A stretch of DNA of 64,000 nt from Gnetum montanum. Taxonomy: Eukaryota; Plantae; Gnetophyta. A program made the translations under genes and the position numbers. Where the stretch lies: contig MNCI01001310.1 in NCBI GenBank assembly GCA_015680685.1, positions 340,976 to 404,975 of the forward strand, read 5' to 3'. Shown here piece by piece: positions 42,214 to 54,678 of the stretch. Each line of letters opens with the position of its first letter. Position 1 is the stretch's first letter. The notes under the pieces are model-generated. The model saw only the letters and a list, made by a program, of their open reading frames with translations. It had not been told where the DNA came from and made no database searches.

Positions 42214-45200
42214 CTAAATGTGGTACTGATTCAGGTATATATGATTCACCAGGTTTGCAAGTTCATTGCTGTTGATGTCTGCTAGCTTGAATGCTTCGTT
42301 GTCGTATGCGTTGACGACCAGGAAGGGGCTTTCCCAGCTTGTAGCGAATTTGCTCACCGGTTTGCAAACGGCTTTAAGGACCAAGTCCCATTTCTTGATC
42401 GGTTGCTGATGCAGGTTGCGATGATGCTTCTACCTTTGCTTGTCCTGATATTTTTTGATGCTGTTAAGTGCCTGGATGCGTTCCTCCTCCACTGAGTCTA
42501 GATCCATAATTCTGGACTCGTTGTGCTGAGTCTCATTTATAACCATGGAGAGGACTATCCGTAGTGAGGGCACCTGTAGTTCAAGGGGCAACACTACTTC
42601 AGATCTGTAAACTAGGCTATATGGTGTCCTACTCGTAGCTGTTCTGCATGTTGTACGATAAGCCCATTGCACGTAGAGGATTTTCTCATGCCATCGTTTT
42701 TTGTTGCTACTGAGCATCCTTTTCAGTAAATTGATAACCACTTTGTTTGTTGCTTCTGCTTGACCATTTTCTTGCGGGTAATATGGTGAGGAAAAAAATT
42801 GCTTAATACCAACGTTATTGTAGAAATATTTGGTTTTGATACTACTAAATTATGATCCATTTTCGGTCACAATAGTTATGGGAAGCCCAAACCTTGTTAC
42901 TATGTTATCCAAGATAAAATGGCAAACATGTTGAGATATAGTATTTCGTAGGGGACTAGCCTCGACCCATTTTGTGAAGTACTCAATGGCGGTGATAATG
43001 AAACTATGTCCTGCGGAAGACTTAGGCGTGATGGGACCTATGATGTCTAGCCCCCATCGTTGGAATGGCCAGGTGATCTGTGTGATATGCAACTCAGTTG
43101 GTGACACGTGTATTAGATTTGCGTAACGCTGGCATGTGTCACATGTCTTAACTTTGGTAAGACAATCTCATTCCACGTACAGCCAATAATACCCTAAGCG
43201 TCTGATTTTATCGGCCATGGCTCATGGGGCTATGTGTTCTCCACATAGTCCCTCATGGACTTCACTAACTATCCTTTGTGCTTGGTCGTTATTAACGCAG
43301 GTTAATAATACCCCATCAAAGGACCGCCTACATAGAGTGCTATCTCCGATGATGACGTATTGCCTGGCATGCTTGCAGATTGCGTCCTTTTGTGCATATG
43401 TTAACTCGTGCGGTAGTTCACCATGTAGGAGGTAGGTTTTAATATTGTCGTACCATTTTGGTGTTTCTTCTGCACTTAAAGAAGAGATTTGTGCCGCTTG
43501 GATGATAGGATCTGTACATTTCATCATTAAAGTGGGCAAGGTGGCAAACAAATGTGGTGGCACGTTTAAAGTTAGCGTAGCTAGTGCATCAGCTATGGTG
43601 TTCTCACTACGCGGCACGTGTCAGACGTTAGTCATTATAAATTGTTTCAGAAGATCTTTAGCCATATCGCAATAGGATTGCAGGTGCACGGCTTTACAGG
43701 CGTAGACTTCTGTGATTTGATTGATAATGAGCATTGAATTGTCTCGAATTGGTAGGTGTTGAACGTTCAGTTCTCTAGCTACTAACAGTCCCTTGAGGAG
43801 CCCCTCATATTCTGCCACATTGTTCATACAGGNCTAGGTGTTGAACGTTCAATTCTCTAGCTACTAACAGTCCCCTGAGGAGCCCCTCATATTCTGCCAC
43901 ATTGTTCATACAGGGAAACGCTAGGTGGTAAGCCAGTGGGTGAACATCCTCAAGGGAAAGTGTGATGATGGCAACGACATTGCCTCCTTTGGTAGTCAAA
44001 GCTCCATCAAAGTGTAATGTCGCTTCGAGGCCTATTGATACAGGGCTTAAGCTATGTACATGCTCGTTTGGAAATTCAGGCTCTATCATCACCTAATCGT
44101 TAACAAGTAATTCCACAAGTTGGTCGGCTATCACTTGGCCTTTCGTAGAAGATTGGCCCACGTAGTGTAAGTCAAATTTTGCTATGATGGCTTTCCACCG
44201 GGCTATCTTACTACTCTCGTATAAATTATTCGTGATTGCGAATATTGTTCTTGCAAATTATGTTAACCTGGCTGCGAAAAAGATAGTGTCTCCATTTCTT
44301 GAGCGTGAAAACCAATGCTAAGCAGTTACTCTCTACTTCATTATACCTCGTTTCGTACACAAATAGAGCATGACTTAGATAATAGATCAGGATTTCCAAC
44401 CCGTCATCTCTCTTTTGACACAACAACATAGCTATGGACATATCTGAACTTGCCAGGTAGATGTAGAAAGGCTGATCCCTTTGTGGCGGGAAAATCGTTG
44501 GCAAATGTAACAACTATTTCTTTAAGTTGTCAAAAGCATGTTGACAGTCCTCGGTTTATTCGAAGTTAACCCCCTTCTTAAGTAGATGTTGCATGGGATG
44601 TAACTTGTCTATCAACTTCGAGATGAACCTTCTGATAAACTATAACCTACCTTGTAACCCATGCAGTTCTTTGAGGTTTGTAGGCGGTGCTGGGTTAACG
44701 ATGGCCCAAACCTTGTCAGGGTCAACTCGTATGCTGGCCTCTGACACTACAAACCCCAACATGCATTTGATTTTGACTCCGAACACATTTTCTTGGGTTG
44801 AGTCGTAGGTCGTGCCTGAGACATCGTTTAAGGATTAGCTCTAAATCTTTTGGGTGATCTATCGACTTCCTAGATTTAACAGTTACATCATCCACATAGT
44901 CGTTCAACCTCTCTAAGGGATAATCGCTAAAGATATACGTCATGACACGTTGATAAGTTGCTCCAATGTTTTTTAGCTTGAAAGGCATCATGGTATAATA
45001 GAAAGTTCCCTAGGGGGTTATGAAAGTTGTAGTTAGTTGATATTCTGGGTTGATACAGATTTGATTGTATCCCGAAAACCCATCCATAAAGGACAGTAAA
45101 GTGTGTTCAGCTGTTGTATTGATAAGTTGGTTAATACTTGGTAATGGAAAATTATCTTTGATCGTTGCCTTGTTCAGATCGCAGAAGTCTATACAGATGC

Positions 45201-45768
45201 GTATTCCTCCCATTTTATTAGAAACAACAACGATGTTTAACACCCAATTTGAATAATTGACCGCGCGGATGAAACCAGTTTGATATAGCTTAGTGATTTC
45301 ATCATGCACTGCTAACGTGATTTCGAGCTTAATCTTTCGTGCTCTCTGTTTAACCGCTTTGATGCACGGGTATAACACAATGTTGTGTTGTATTAGTCGC
45401 AGGTCTAAACTCGGCATATCTTCATATGACCATGCGAACACCGCAACGTTATGTTGGAGAAATCGAGATATGTCATCCTGCGTTTGTTGATCAAGGAGAG
45501 AACTAACCTTCAGAGTTTTGCTTTTTCCTTTGTGCGTAACCACGGAGATCTCAGTGAGGGGATCCTCGATCACATCACCAGCTTCCAGGTCTAAGGTTTG
45601 TGCTAAATGTTCTAGCCAGTCTAGAGATACTTCCAAGGCTGCTATGGTCATGTTACATGAGGAGGAGTCGATTCCTATCATTGCAAGATTAGGTTGTCTA
45701 AAGGTTTCTTCGTATGGGCCTGTTAAGGCTAGGGATGCGAGCAAAGCTTCGTCCATTTGCAAACTGAC
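42214..45768 (-). pseudogene. Tat pol 3' part: RT, RNase H, archaeal-type RNase H, integrase (stops and frameshifts)
   Basis: RICIDFCDLNKA, SFMDGFSGYNQI, YVDDVTVKS (RT); YLASSD (RH); LHFDGA..NNVAEYEGLL (aRH); EVHEGLCGEH, WPFQRWGLDIIGP, EYFTKWVEA (INT). Confidence 0.93.
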
Positions 45769-45859
45769 CTGCAAAACCGCCAAGAAAGGAAGTAGTTAAA
45801 TTATTTTTGTTAACATGGTGAAACGATACAAGGCTTTAGAGGTACGTGTCAAAAGGCTA

Positions 45860-46084
45860 CCAGTTTAAGGTCTTAGTGGATTGTTACGATGTACAGGGTT
45901 TAAAAGAAAAGAGCAAACAAGGTTTCCTAGGTGCTAGCTTAAAGTTCTTGCGGACTATGGCTAAAAGTGTAATGTGTGTGTCTAGTATGGCAAAATAGCT
46001 AATTTAGGATCTTTGCAGACCGTTGTTAATGTGACTGGATTACGAGACGATAAGCTATGTGTTAGTTTAGGGTCTTTTCGGATC
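45860..46084 (+). repeat. Second array (4 copies) of the same 22-bp motif
   Basis: CCAGTTTAAGGTCTTAGTGGAT, CTAGCTTAAAGTTCTTGCGGAC, CTAATTTAGGATCTTTGCAGAC and TTAGTTTAGGGTCTTTTCGGAT. Confidence 0.7.
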
Positions 46085-47000
46085 GTAATTAATGTGATAT
46101 CTATGAGATCAATGGGACAATCTTTACGCTTCATGTCAAACTAACATTACTGCACTTCGGGAAGGTTTCGCGCTGATCGGGTGTGAAAATAGCAGGTTTT
46201 CACCATCACGCTTAAAAGTAGATGGCTAGTCTTTGAAGTAAACTGCAAGCGTAGTGAAGTTGAGTTGGGCTAGAGCAGAAGGCAAGCGTAAGTTAACGAT
46301 TTTGCAAAGGTTATTCAGGCGTAACAATGACACCGAAGATTGAACGCAAACACGCTAAGTTGGCCAAGATCGATGAAGTACAGGAAAGTTTGGGGCGAAT
46401 TTCGAAGGCACGAGTTGAAACGCAGGAGGCTACTCCACTCGCCCAATGATTCGTTCTTCACCTTCCTTGTGTGATGTATGCTTTAGGTCATTTTAGTTGT
46501 CATTGTGCTGTAATTTGTATTTATTTTGAAAATGTGCATTACGCTGGCTGTCTATACCTACTTATGGTGGTTACGCTATGGGAGTCTACAATATTACCCC
46601 TATCACCTTTGTCAAAGACAGACCTTACACCATCGTAAGGGTTTGGGTGATCATGGGTAATGTTGTACAAACACAACACGTAACTAGTCAGGAGTCTAGG
46701 TGTTGCACCCTTGCGTGGTGCAAGCGGGGTTCTGTTGTTTTACCCGCAATGGTCGTGTGTTACCCTAGGGAAATATGTCATATTACCTTTATCGCCGTTG
46801 TCATAGATAGACCTTGCACCATCGTAAGGGTTTGGGCGATTTTGGGTAATGCATCTCTAGCGTAACATGCAATTTTTTGGGAGTCAAAGTAGCGTGAACC
46901 TCAGTATTGCGTAATGGATTATTGTGAGCCTTTTTGATTTATTTTGGCGTTGTTAGGTTGTCTAAACTATTTTCTAATGGTAATGTGTTTTATTATAAAG

Positions 47001-50000
47001 GATCACGCTAAGGCCCATCCTGATTATTTTGGACATTGTGGGCGTTCTATGTTGTCTAAATGTCCTCGTGGCCAATGTTCCTCCTCCCCATGCTCGTGTA
47101 GGGGGAGAGGTGGTTTGGTTTCGAACGGGCGCACAGGAGTTCCTGCAATTTTTGTTGCGTAATTTTAGTGTAATTATTTGGTCGCATCTATTAGCCGAGA
47201 CGATCACTACCATTCTGGAAACATTATTGGTTGGGTCGACACAGAGCATTTTAACTTTTCTGGTGGATGGATCAATCGAGGCTGTAGGTGGGAGAGATCG
47301 CGAACGACGCGTTAAGGGTTTGAGGCACTTATCCTAGATCTGGGAGATGCCTAGGTTTAATTGCTATCATGCCTACAACATGCTGTTCGTAGCTTGTCAT
47401 CTCACCACCTATTTTCAGAATCAACCCGGCACTGTGTATTATGCAGGCGGGTAAGTGTTGTCAAGGTGCTATGATTTGTTAACTACTATATGATTTTGTG
47501 TTTAGATGTAAACAATTTCTTGTATTCTGTGGCATAGGTTTTTTATTAATGCAGATGGTCTCCAGGGTGATACGGACATGTTACATATGGCCCAAACAGC
47601 CATAAAGGAATTCACTTCCATTAGCAATGTGCGTGCTGGTGTCCTGGGACAACTAGGATTTGAAATCCAACACTACCCCATACGGTATGCCAAATTATTT
47701 GTCAAGTGTAGAGACTCTGGATGGTTGGATAAGGAGTGGACTTTAGACCATCCCATCACTGTCGACAACGTGCAAGTGAAATTCTCACCATTTCCTTTGC
47801 CCTTTAGACCCGGTAAGTTATCCTACGTCGATCAGCTGTGTGACCCTATGGGATGAAAATGGTGTTTGTTTTGTTGTTTTGTCTAAACTGTGTGTTTTTT
47901 TTGGTATTTTATGTTTGTAGTTAAAGAGTCGCGAGAGGTCATGGTGATAGCCTCTGGGTGTGATGCAGCTACCATCTTCTTCCACTATGGTGATATAAAT
48001 GAGGTGCAACGTTGGCTTTGCCACGGAGCGGCCCCAACTACCATAACTAATAACCTCCAGGAAGCTAGACTGATGGAGCTATTTTTAGCTATAACCCCCA
48101 AATGTTGGCCCTAGTCGACTCCTTCAGCGAACAAGTCGAGCATTTTCACACGTGTGTGTGTAACTTGAGCGTGAATTTTGATATTAATGCTCAACTGTTC
48201 GCTGACTTTTTTGGCGTTCCTTTTGATGGTCTTCGAGTGGGAGAGAAATCTAAAAAGAGTTCTAAATATTAGGACATAGAGGAGTAGCTAGGGACTAAAA
48301 AAGAGCCAAAAGACATCTATGCTAAGAAGATTTAGCTAGAGGTGGCTAGTACAATTTACCCCCTCTTCCATGCTCGTGCCTTTTCCAAGCTACTCTCCTA
48401 AGAAAAAATCCTTAGAATAGAGTAGGCTTGGATCATGCGGGAGGTTATGGAAGAGGGGACACGATATAACTGGGCCAAGCACCTTGCTGAAGGCCTACAG
48501 GTTGAGATGGTCAAGCTTCGCAAGAAGCTTAAGTCTCGTTGCAACGTGCATTTTGCCTTCTTCATAGCTTGTTTGCGGCGTTTTGTAGAATTTCTGGTGG
48601 TTCACAAGGATGAAGTCTGGGTGCAGTAGGATCGTAATCAGATCTTCAAGTCGTGGATTTTCCAGGTCTTCTGCACCGTCCGATCCCAAGATCCTCCTAA
48701 AGGTGTCAAGGAGTCACTTTCAATAATGACTAAGGATTGGCTGGCGCCTCGTCTTCGAGGCCAAGACAGCGTGGGTGGGGCGCCCCCTTCTAACACTGGC
48801 AATGTGTCGAAGGTGAAGTGCCTGGCAACAGAAATAGTAGCCTCATCGATTCAGCGGAAAAAGCGTCGTTTGATTATGGATTCTCCCGGCCCAACTGGTG
48901 AAGAGGGGAGGAAACTACAAATTAAGTTTCACAGGAGCCATCCCTTAGCTAGTAGGTAGAGTAATGTGTAGTTAGTTTGTGTATATTACGCTACGTGTAG
49001 ACGTTATTTTGTCGCATAGCGCTTGTGGGAAGTGAGTGAAGTTCTGGTAACTGTGATGCGTTCTACAGGGAAAGGGAAAGATGTGGAGGAACTGACCCCT
49101 GAGACAGGGGCCATAGTCTTGCAGCGTGGAGAAGGGGTCCCAATTTTGGAAAAGGAGACCCCTGTTGACAATGTGGGCAGCACTCAGGCTCCCATGCCTG
49201 AAGGGAAGACGAGTGTAGAAGATGCCGTGGCCTTCTTGGATGGGTTGGAAAGGGAAGAGCGGTTCGTCGCTGGTGAGTTTGACCGCTTGCTTAACCTTTC
49301 TTTGATGAGAAATCCTCCCGTTATTACCCCTGAGGGTTTGCTGGGTAGTAGCCTTGCATTATCGTAGCGTCTCAAATTTTTGCCTTTGTCTACTGCATTA
49401 TGCTTAACTCGTTTTGTTTGCATAGTAGGCACCTCTGATAACAGTGGTGCACCTTCATTAGCAACCGCTACTCAAAATTGGACTGAGGCCCCCGACAAAT
49501 TTACCTTCATGGAGGGAATTGTTAACGATATGATCGGTTGCTTGGAGCGAATTGATCCTGAGATTGGTACATCACTGTTATTATGCAAGAATTGTTGAAT
49601 CTACCACATTATGCCATCCTGTCGCATCTAAGTGTCATTTTCGTGTTACAGCATCTCACCTTAAATGGGATCCCAAAGAGCCCATCAATGTAGACGCTGC
49701 CCCCGAACCCTCACCAGAAGTGATCGAAGTGCCCCACCGCATTTACGATGAAATGCATAAATGTGCATTGCACTTGGCCCGTTCTCTATGGGAGAGTCAG
49801 AACGTCAACGAAGAACTCTGGAAGAGGTTGCAGAAAACAGAAAAAGAGAAAATCACCCTAGCTACTAGGGTGGAGGACCTTGAGTCTAGGAATGAATTTC
49901 TGCAAGCTTGGGATACCAATGATAAGAATTGGCGAAATGCTGTGATTGACTACGCCTGCTATTGGACGGTCATCAGGAACAACGTGCAAGCCATTCGTGA

Positions 50001-50716
50001 GCTCATCGAGCAATGAATGTAGATGGATCTCCTAGCCCAGAAGAGCCAAGACTGAAAGGACTACAGCACGAGGGTTCAAGAATGGGGGCAGGCACAGAAA
50101 AATCATAAACACATGTATAAGCAGAAATGTGTTGTCTACTACCAACATTATAGAGATTCCGCGGTTGAAGCGCGGTCCTTTTGACTGTTCCTCAATGTTA
50201 TCGGTGCTTCTGGAGCATATGAAAAGTTCTAGTAACAAGTGACAGTGAGTGTCTCCCTTGAGAGAGAGATGACCCTTCCTGGTGGGGAGACAACTATCCC
50301 TTCCTTTTTCCCTGAGCTACCTTTGTGGACTCTTATGGAAAAGGGAAAGGTCAAGGTTGGAAATGCTCTAGGAGATGGCGTTTGGGCAGAGGTCACTGAG
50401 GACGAGATTATACGATGCCTTTCAGTCGGCTTGGAACAAATTCCTTTCTCGGTCGACACAGGACAGTCACAAGTGAGTTATGTGACTGTTGTTTTTTCCT
50501 TATGTGTGATTTTTATTGCGACGCTAATGCTTGCCTCATGTCAAACTATAGGATCGGCACAAAGGGGATTTCCATGAGGAGGAGTCTCACAGAGAGAATT
50601 AGCCCCATGAAGAGGATCCGCCCGTAGAAGATGTTCATGAGGACAGTCCTCATGAGGCAGATGTGAAGTTAGGTGAAGCAGATGAAGGTGGTAACAAAGG
50701 GGAATGTGTAGCGTAG
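47001..50716 (+). pseudogene. Antisense multi-exon accessory gene inside the Tat element: FCP1/NIF-like HAD domain, plant-transposon-like domain, NLS-like motif, coiled coil, acidic tail
   Basis: Frame-preserving GT-AG introns at 47451-47537, 47813-47920, ~49345-49425, 49567-49651 and 50473-50551, plus one unresolved intron at ~48956-49019. Peptides include ILDIVGVL..FRTGAQEFLQFLLRNFSVIIWS. AATAAA at 50784. Several premature stops. Confidence 0.72.
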
Positions 50717-50892
50717 TAATACTGGTCAAGAATTTTTGTGTAGCGTAGCAATATGGGAGAAATTGTTGTTGTAATAACAAGGCAATAAAGAATAACACTT
50801 TTTAATTTTGCTTTTAAGCCAATTAATGGTGTTTGTAAAAGAAAGGTTTTAATTTTGCTTTATGAAGAAAGATGCTTTGTCGGAAAGGTTAC

Positions 50893-51022
50893 ACATTTTA
50901 GGCCACTACGGGCCGACGGTAGTTTAAGGCCATTTCGGGCCGACGATAGTTTAAGGCCATTTTGGGTCGTAACTAGTTTAAGGCCGTTTCGGGCCATAAC
51001 TAGTTTAAGGCCATTTCGGGCC
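50893..51022 (+). repeat. Third array: 27-bp tandem x5 of the motif variant TAGTTTAAGGCCATTTCGGGCC
   Basis: Units start at ~50893, 50920, 50947, 50974 and 51001. Confidence 0.92.
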
Positions 51023-51128
51023 ATGGTAGTGAAGAAGCGTAACGGTAGACGGTGAAACATGAAACAATAAGGAATGTAAACAACGTAATTACCAAGCAAT
51101 GTGGATCAATGTAACATGCTACACTGAC

Positions 51129-54100
51129 TTGTTTGTTTGTTAATTCCCCAGCTGCTTCTTGATCATTCTTAGATTTGGTGATGCGTATGAACGAGGAGGT
51201 TTGTTACACCACTCCTCTATGCTATCATCCCCTCCTTAGAAGGGTAATTCAGCCCAAGTTAAGCTCTCATTGGCCATTGCGTTGGTCTATTCAACTGTTG
51301 GGACACGGGTTTGATCTTTGGGGATTTCAATCTTCAAACCCTGTTCCATTTCTATGTTGTTGACAGCTTGAGGAGCCATCTTATCACCGTGGATGATGAC
51401 TTCCCCTCCCGCATAGGGTAAGTGGATCTCTTGGTGAATGGGTGATGAGACGGTCCTTAGCTGAGCCAACCAGGACCTCCCTAAGATTAGGTTGAAGCCG
51501 GGCATCTCCTCGACAACGATGAACACTGCACTTGTGAGGAATTGATCCCCTGCTATGAAATTGATCTGTACGGTTCCCTTAACTTGCACCTGTGCCCCGT
51601 TAAACAACTTCAAGCATGACGTCATCATGGGGTTGATCTGGTCAATCAAACCTAGTTTTTCCACTATGGGAAATGGAATGACATTGGCAGCGGCCCTGTC
51701 ATCTACGTGTACTCTCTGAATCCTGTACTAGCTAACCCGGATAGTGATGAACATGGGCGTTGTTGTCACTTGACCCTTTTCTGGGTCATCCTTCATGGAC
51801 TTGTCATGGAATGTTAGTTGGGAAGGTCGTGGTTGTTCAACAGCGGGGGGAAGCATGATCGAATGGATTGCTTCTTCATCCACTGGCAAGATTTCGTCCA
51901 CCGATATGGACACTAGCATGCGAACCATGACTTCATGATGCGATTGGGATGTCATCAGCAAGTCATACAGGCTCAACGTTGTATTCTTCTATTTGAGAGC
52001 TTGCTTAACTTGCATAAAAGCATCAAGGAGATTATGCCCACGGTTTGGTTGTTTGCTACCCTTCTCTTCTTCCATTCATCCCAAGAGATGGATCTCTTAG
52101 GGAGGAGCAGTTTCTGGTTGATGGTTGTATTTTCTTGGGTAGGGAGAAGATGGCCACGTCTGCATAACGTCATCTTTTTTCAAGGAAGGAGGAGCCAAGG
52201 GCGCCGACGCCAGAGGGGTAGGCTTAGGAAACCCCAGTGTAACGCGGCCTTTGGCTCTTTTATCTGTCATACATCCTTCTCCTGTCTTTGTGGGTTGAGG
52301 TTGGGACATGGACTTAGACGTTTGCCCCTGCGTAGTAGGAGCAGCTGACGGCTTTGGTACCCTGGTGACAAAGGGTGTCCTAGGTGTGAGTGTAGGCTGG
52401 GCCATGGCTTCTTATATTGAATGTGACCAATTCCTAGCAGTTGCTTTAGAAGTTTTGAAGGCTTGACAGGTAGAGCTATATATTTTGAGCGGTCTTGATG
52501 CTCGAAATTAGGCTTCAGTTAAGGCAATGTTTCAGGAGCCAATGCTATTTGCTGGTCAGCGTTGTTTGAGTTAGTTTCAGCCTTAGCAGGCCCCATAGCT
52601 GCCTTTTTGTTGTTATTTTTCTTTTTAACCTCTTTGGCCACGGCTGCCACCGTTGTTGCTGCGGCCTTGCCCTTGTCTTTGCTTTTGTTGTGAGCATTTT
52701 TATAGGCCACATACGCCGGGTCTTTGCTGGCCTCTGCCGTGTCTTGGATTTTCTTAGTCTGAGCAAAGGCTTGGCTGAGAGAGCAGGGAGCGAGATAATA
52801 TAGTTTAGACTTAATAAAGTCGTTGACTGCCCCCTTGAAAATTGCCAATTGATGGGCCTCTGCAATGGGCTCACGGATTTCATTCAAGGTGGCACTCCAC
52901 CACTGTATAAACTTTTGGACTAGTTTGAGCGGATCCTGCTTAACTCCAATTAACTAGTCCAGTGTGACATCTGGCCTCAGGTTGTATTTGAAACGAGTCA
53001 AGAACTGAGTCAGCAGCTCTTCCAAGGTCGAAATGGAAGAGCGTGGAAGTGCACAATACCAATCCAAAGCTTTACCTGTTAAGGACATAGCAAAAACCCA
53101 GATAATGGTGTGTGGCCATTATTGTAGCAATAATGACTTTGACCTGAAGGTAACGAGATGAGCGTTGGGATCGCCTTCCCTATTGTATTTTGTGAAATGG
53201 GGAAGTGGCATTCCACGAGATAATGATAAAATGGGAACTACCGGACTGATAGGATCGTCATGGTAGAAATCCATGACCTATACTATATCAGAACTTGAAG
53301 CTTTCAGATGTTTAACCTCTTCGGTGAGGGTCTGAATAAGTTGGAAGGCTTGATCTAGACTCGAAGACAAAGAGGTTGGCTATTAAATAACAGGTGGAGC
53401 CACGACTGGTGGCGGGATAGGAGCAACAGCATGGCCTGTGGGCGATGCTGGCAGAGCTGTCGCTGTGGGCAGTGCCACCTGTGTCATCCACCACCCGGTA
53501 AGTGGTGCAGGCAGGGCGACAACCGTTGGTTGTGCTATAGGATACACTGTTTGCATAGCTGGTGGCACAGACAGCGATCTTGTAGTTGGATTTATCGCCT
53601 GCGGGACTTGATGTTGATGAAGAGGAAGATAAGACATCTGTGTCGGCTATGCTACAGGGGGTGATGTGTTTGGGGCCCACCACGTGGTGGGGGTGGGTCC
53701 TGTCGTTGTTGGTGGAGCGAGGGCAAATGCTGGGATGTTTGCAGAAGCTGTGTATAATTGTGAAGTGGGTATTGTGTGCACATATGGTAATGTAGGTGTA
53801 AGTATGCGATGCGATGGGTTAGCCGACCGTTGTTGCGGAGGAATGGACTGTGAAGGGATAACATCTGGACAGGGAGCCAGAGAGAAAACATGCTAATGTG
53901 ACGAACGCGCAACACGGTTGGCAGTAGACAACGATAAAGGCGTAGTAACCATAAAGAGCGGATTTGCATGGGTCGCTGTGGAGGGAGGTGCCATAACAAA
54001 ACTAGCGTGACTGCCTTCCTTGGAGTGGGCGTCTAGGTCCTCCTACCCATCATGAAATGCTTCATCACAAAACATCTCGTCTCATTGTTCTGTTGACACC

Positions 54101-54453
54101 TTGGCCATTAACAGTTGATCCAAGATCCATTGTTGTCGGTCTATCAAGGGTATGGAAGCGTTAGGCGAAGGAACGAATTCTTTCCCGTTACAGTATATGA
54201 ACTCATATTCATGTTTTTCTTCAAGTTCGTGTGGGTACATGGGCAGATTTGCCATAAGTTTGGCACAAAGGAAGTTGTAATGTTCCGTGCATTGAGGGTA
54301 TTCCTCAGGCTCTTTGTTTTGAATCTTGAGGGACCGACGTGGCCGCACTGGACTGGTTGATGGCTCGACAACAGCAAGGGTAGCCTGCATCGTTAGGGGA
54401 TTTTTGAGGCTAGCGGTGGCAACGTTAGTGGTTGTCGCAGCCATTCTCTGCAT
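51129..54453 (-). pseudogene. Tat gag-protease (decayed)
   Basis: Retrotrans_gag core YNREGDPNAHL..FAMSLTGKALDWY at ~53200-53000; protease VHVDDRAAANVIP..FNLILGRSWL at ~51715-51470. Confidence 0.85.
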
Positions 54454-54678
54454 AGCTAGGAGGTAATGTTAACGAGGATAAAGATCACGAAGGCAAAAGT
54501 GAGCTAAAGGCAAATGTGGGCTTTCTATCCTGCTGGATTCCAAAGGAATCGTCAGAGCAACTGATCTGTGTCACACGATCATGTAAACAACTACATAGGT
54601 ATCAAGTTTATGCTAGTCGATAATGGGTATAGACAACTTATAGGACTACCCGTAAAAACACAGATCAGAGGTTCAGGA

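Noticed and set aside
43753-43912. Apparent ~80-bp tandem duplication in aRH
   Set aside because: The copies are joined by a single 'n' (43833), typical of an unmerged contig overlap.
46592-46851. Hammerhead ribozyme (retrozyme-like)
   Set aside because: No CUGANGA/GAAA core on either strand.
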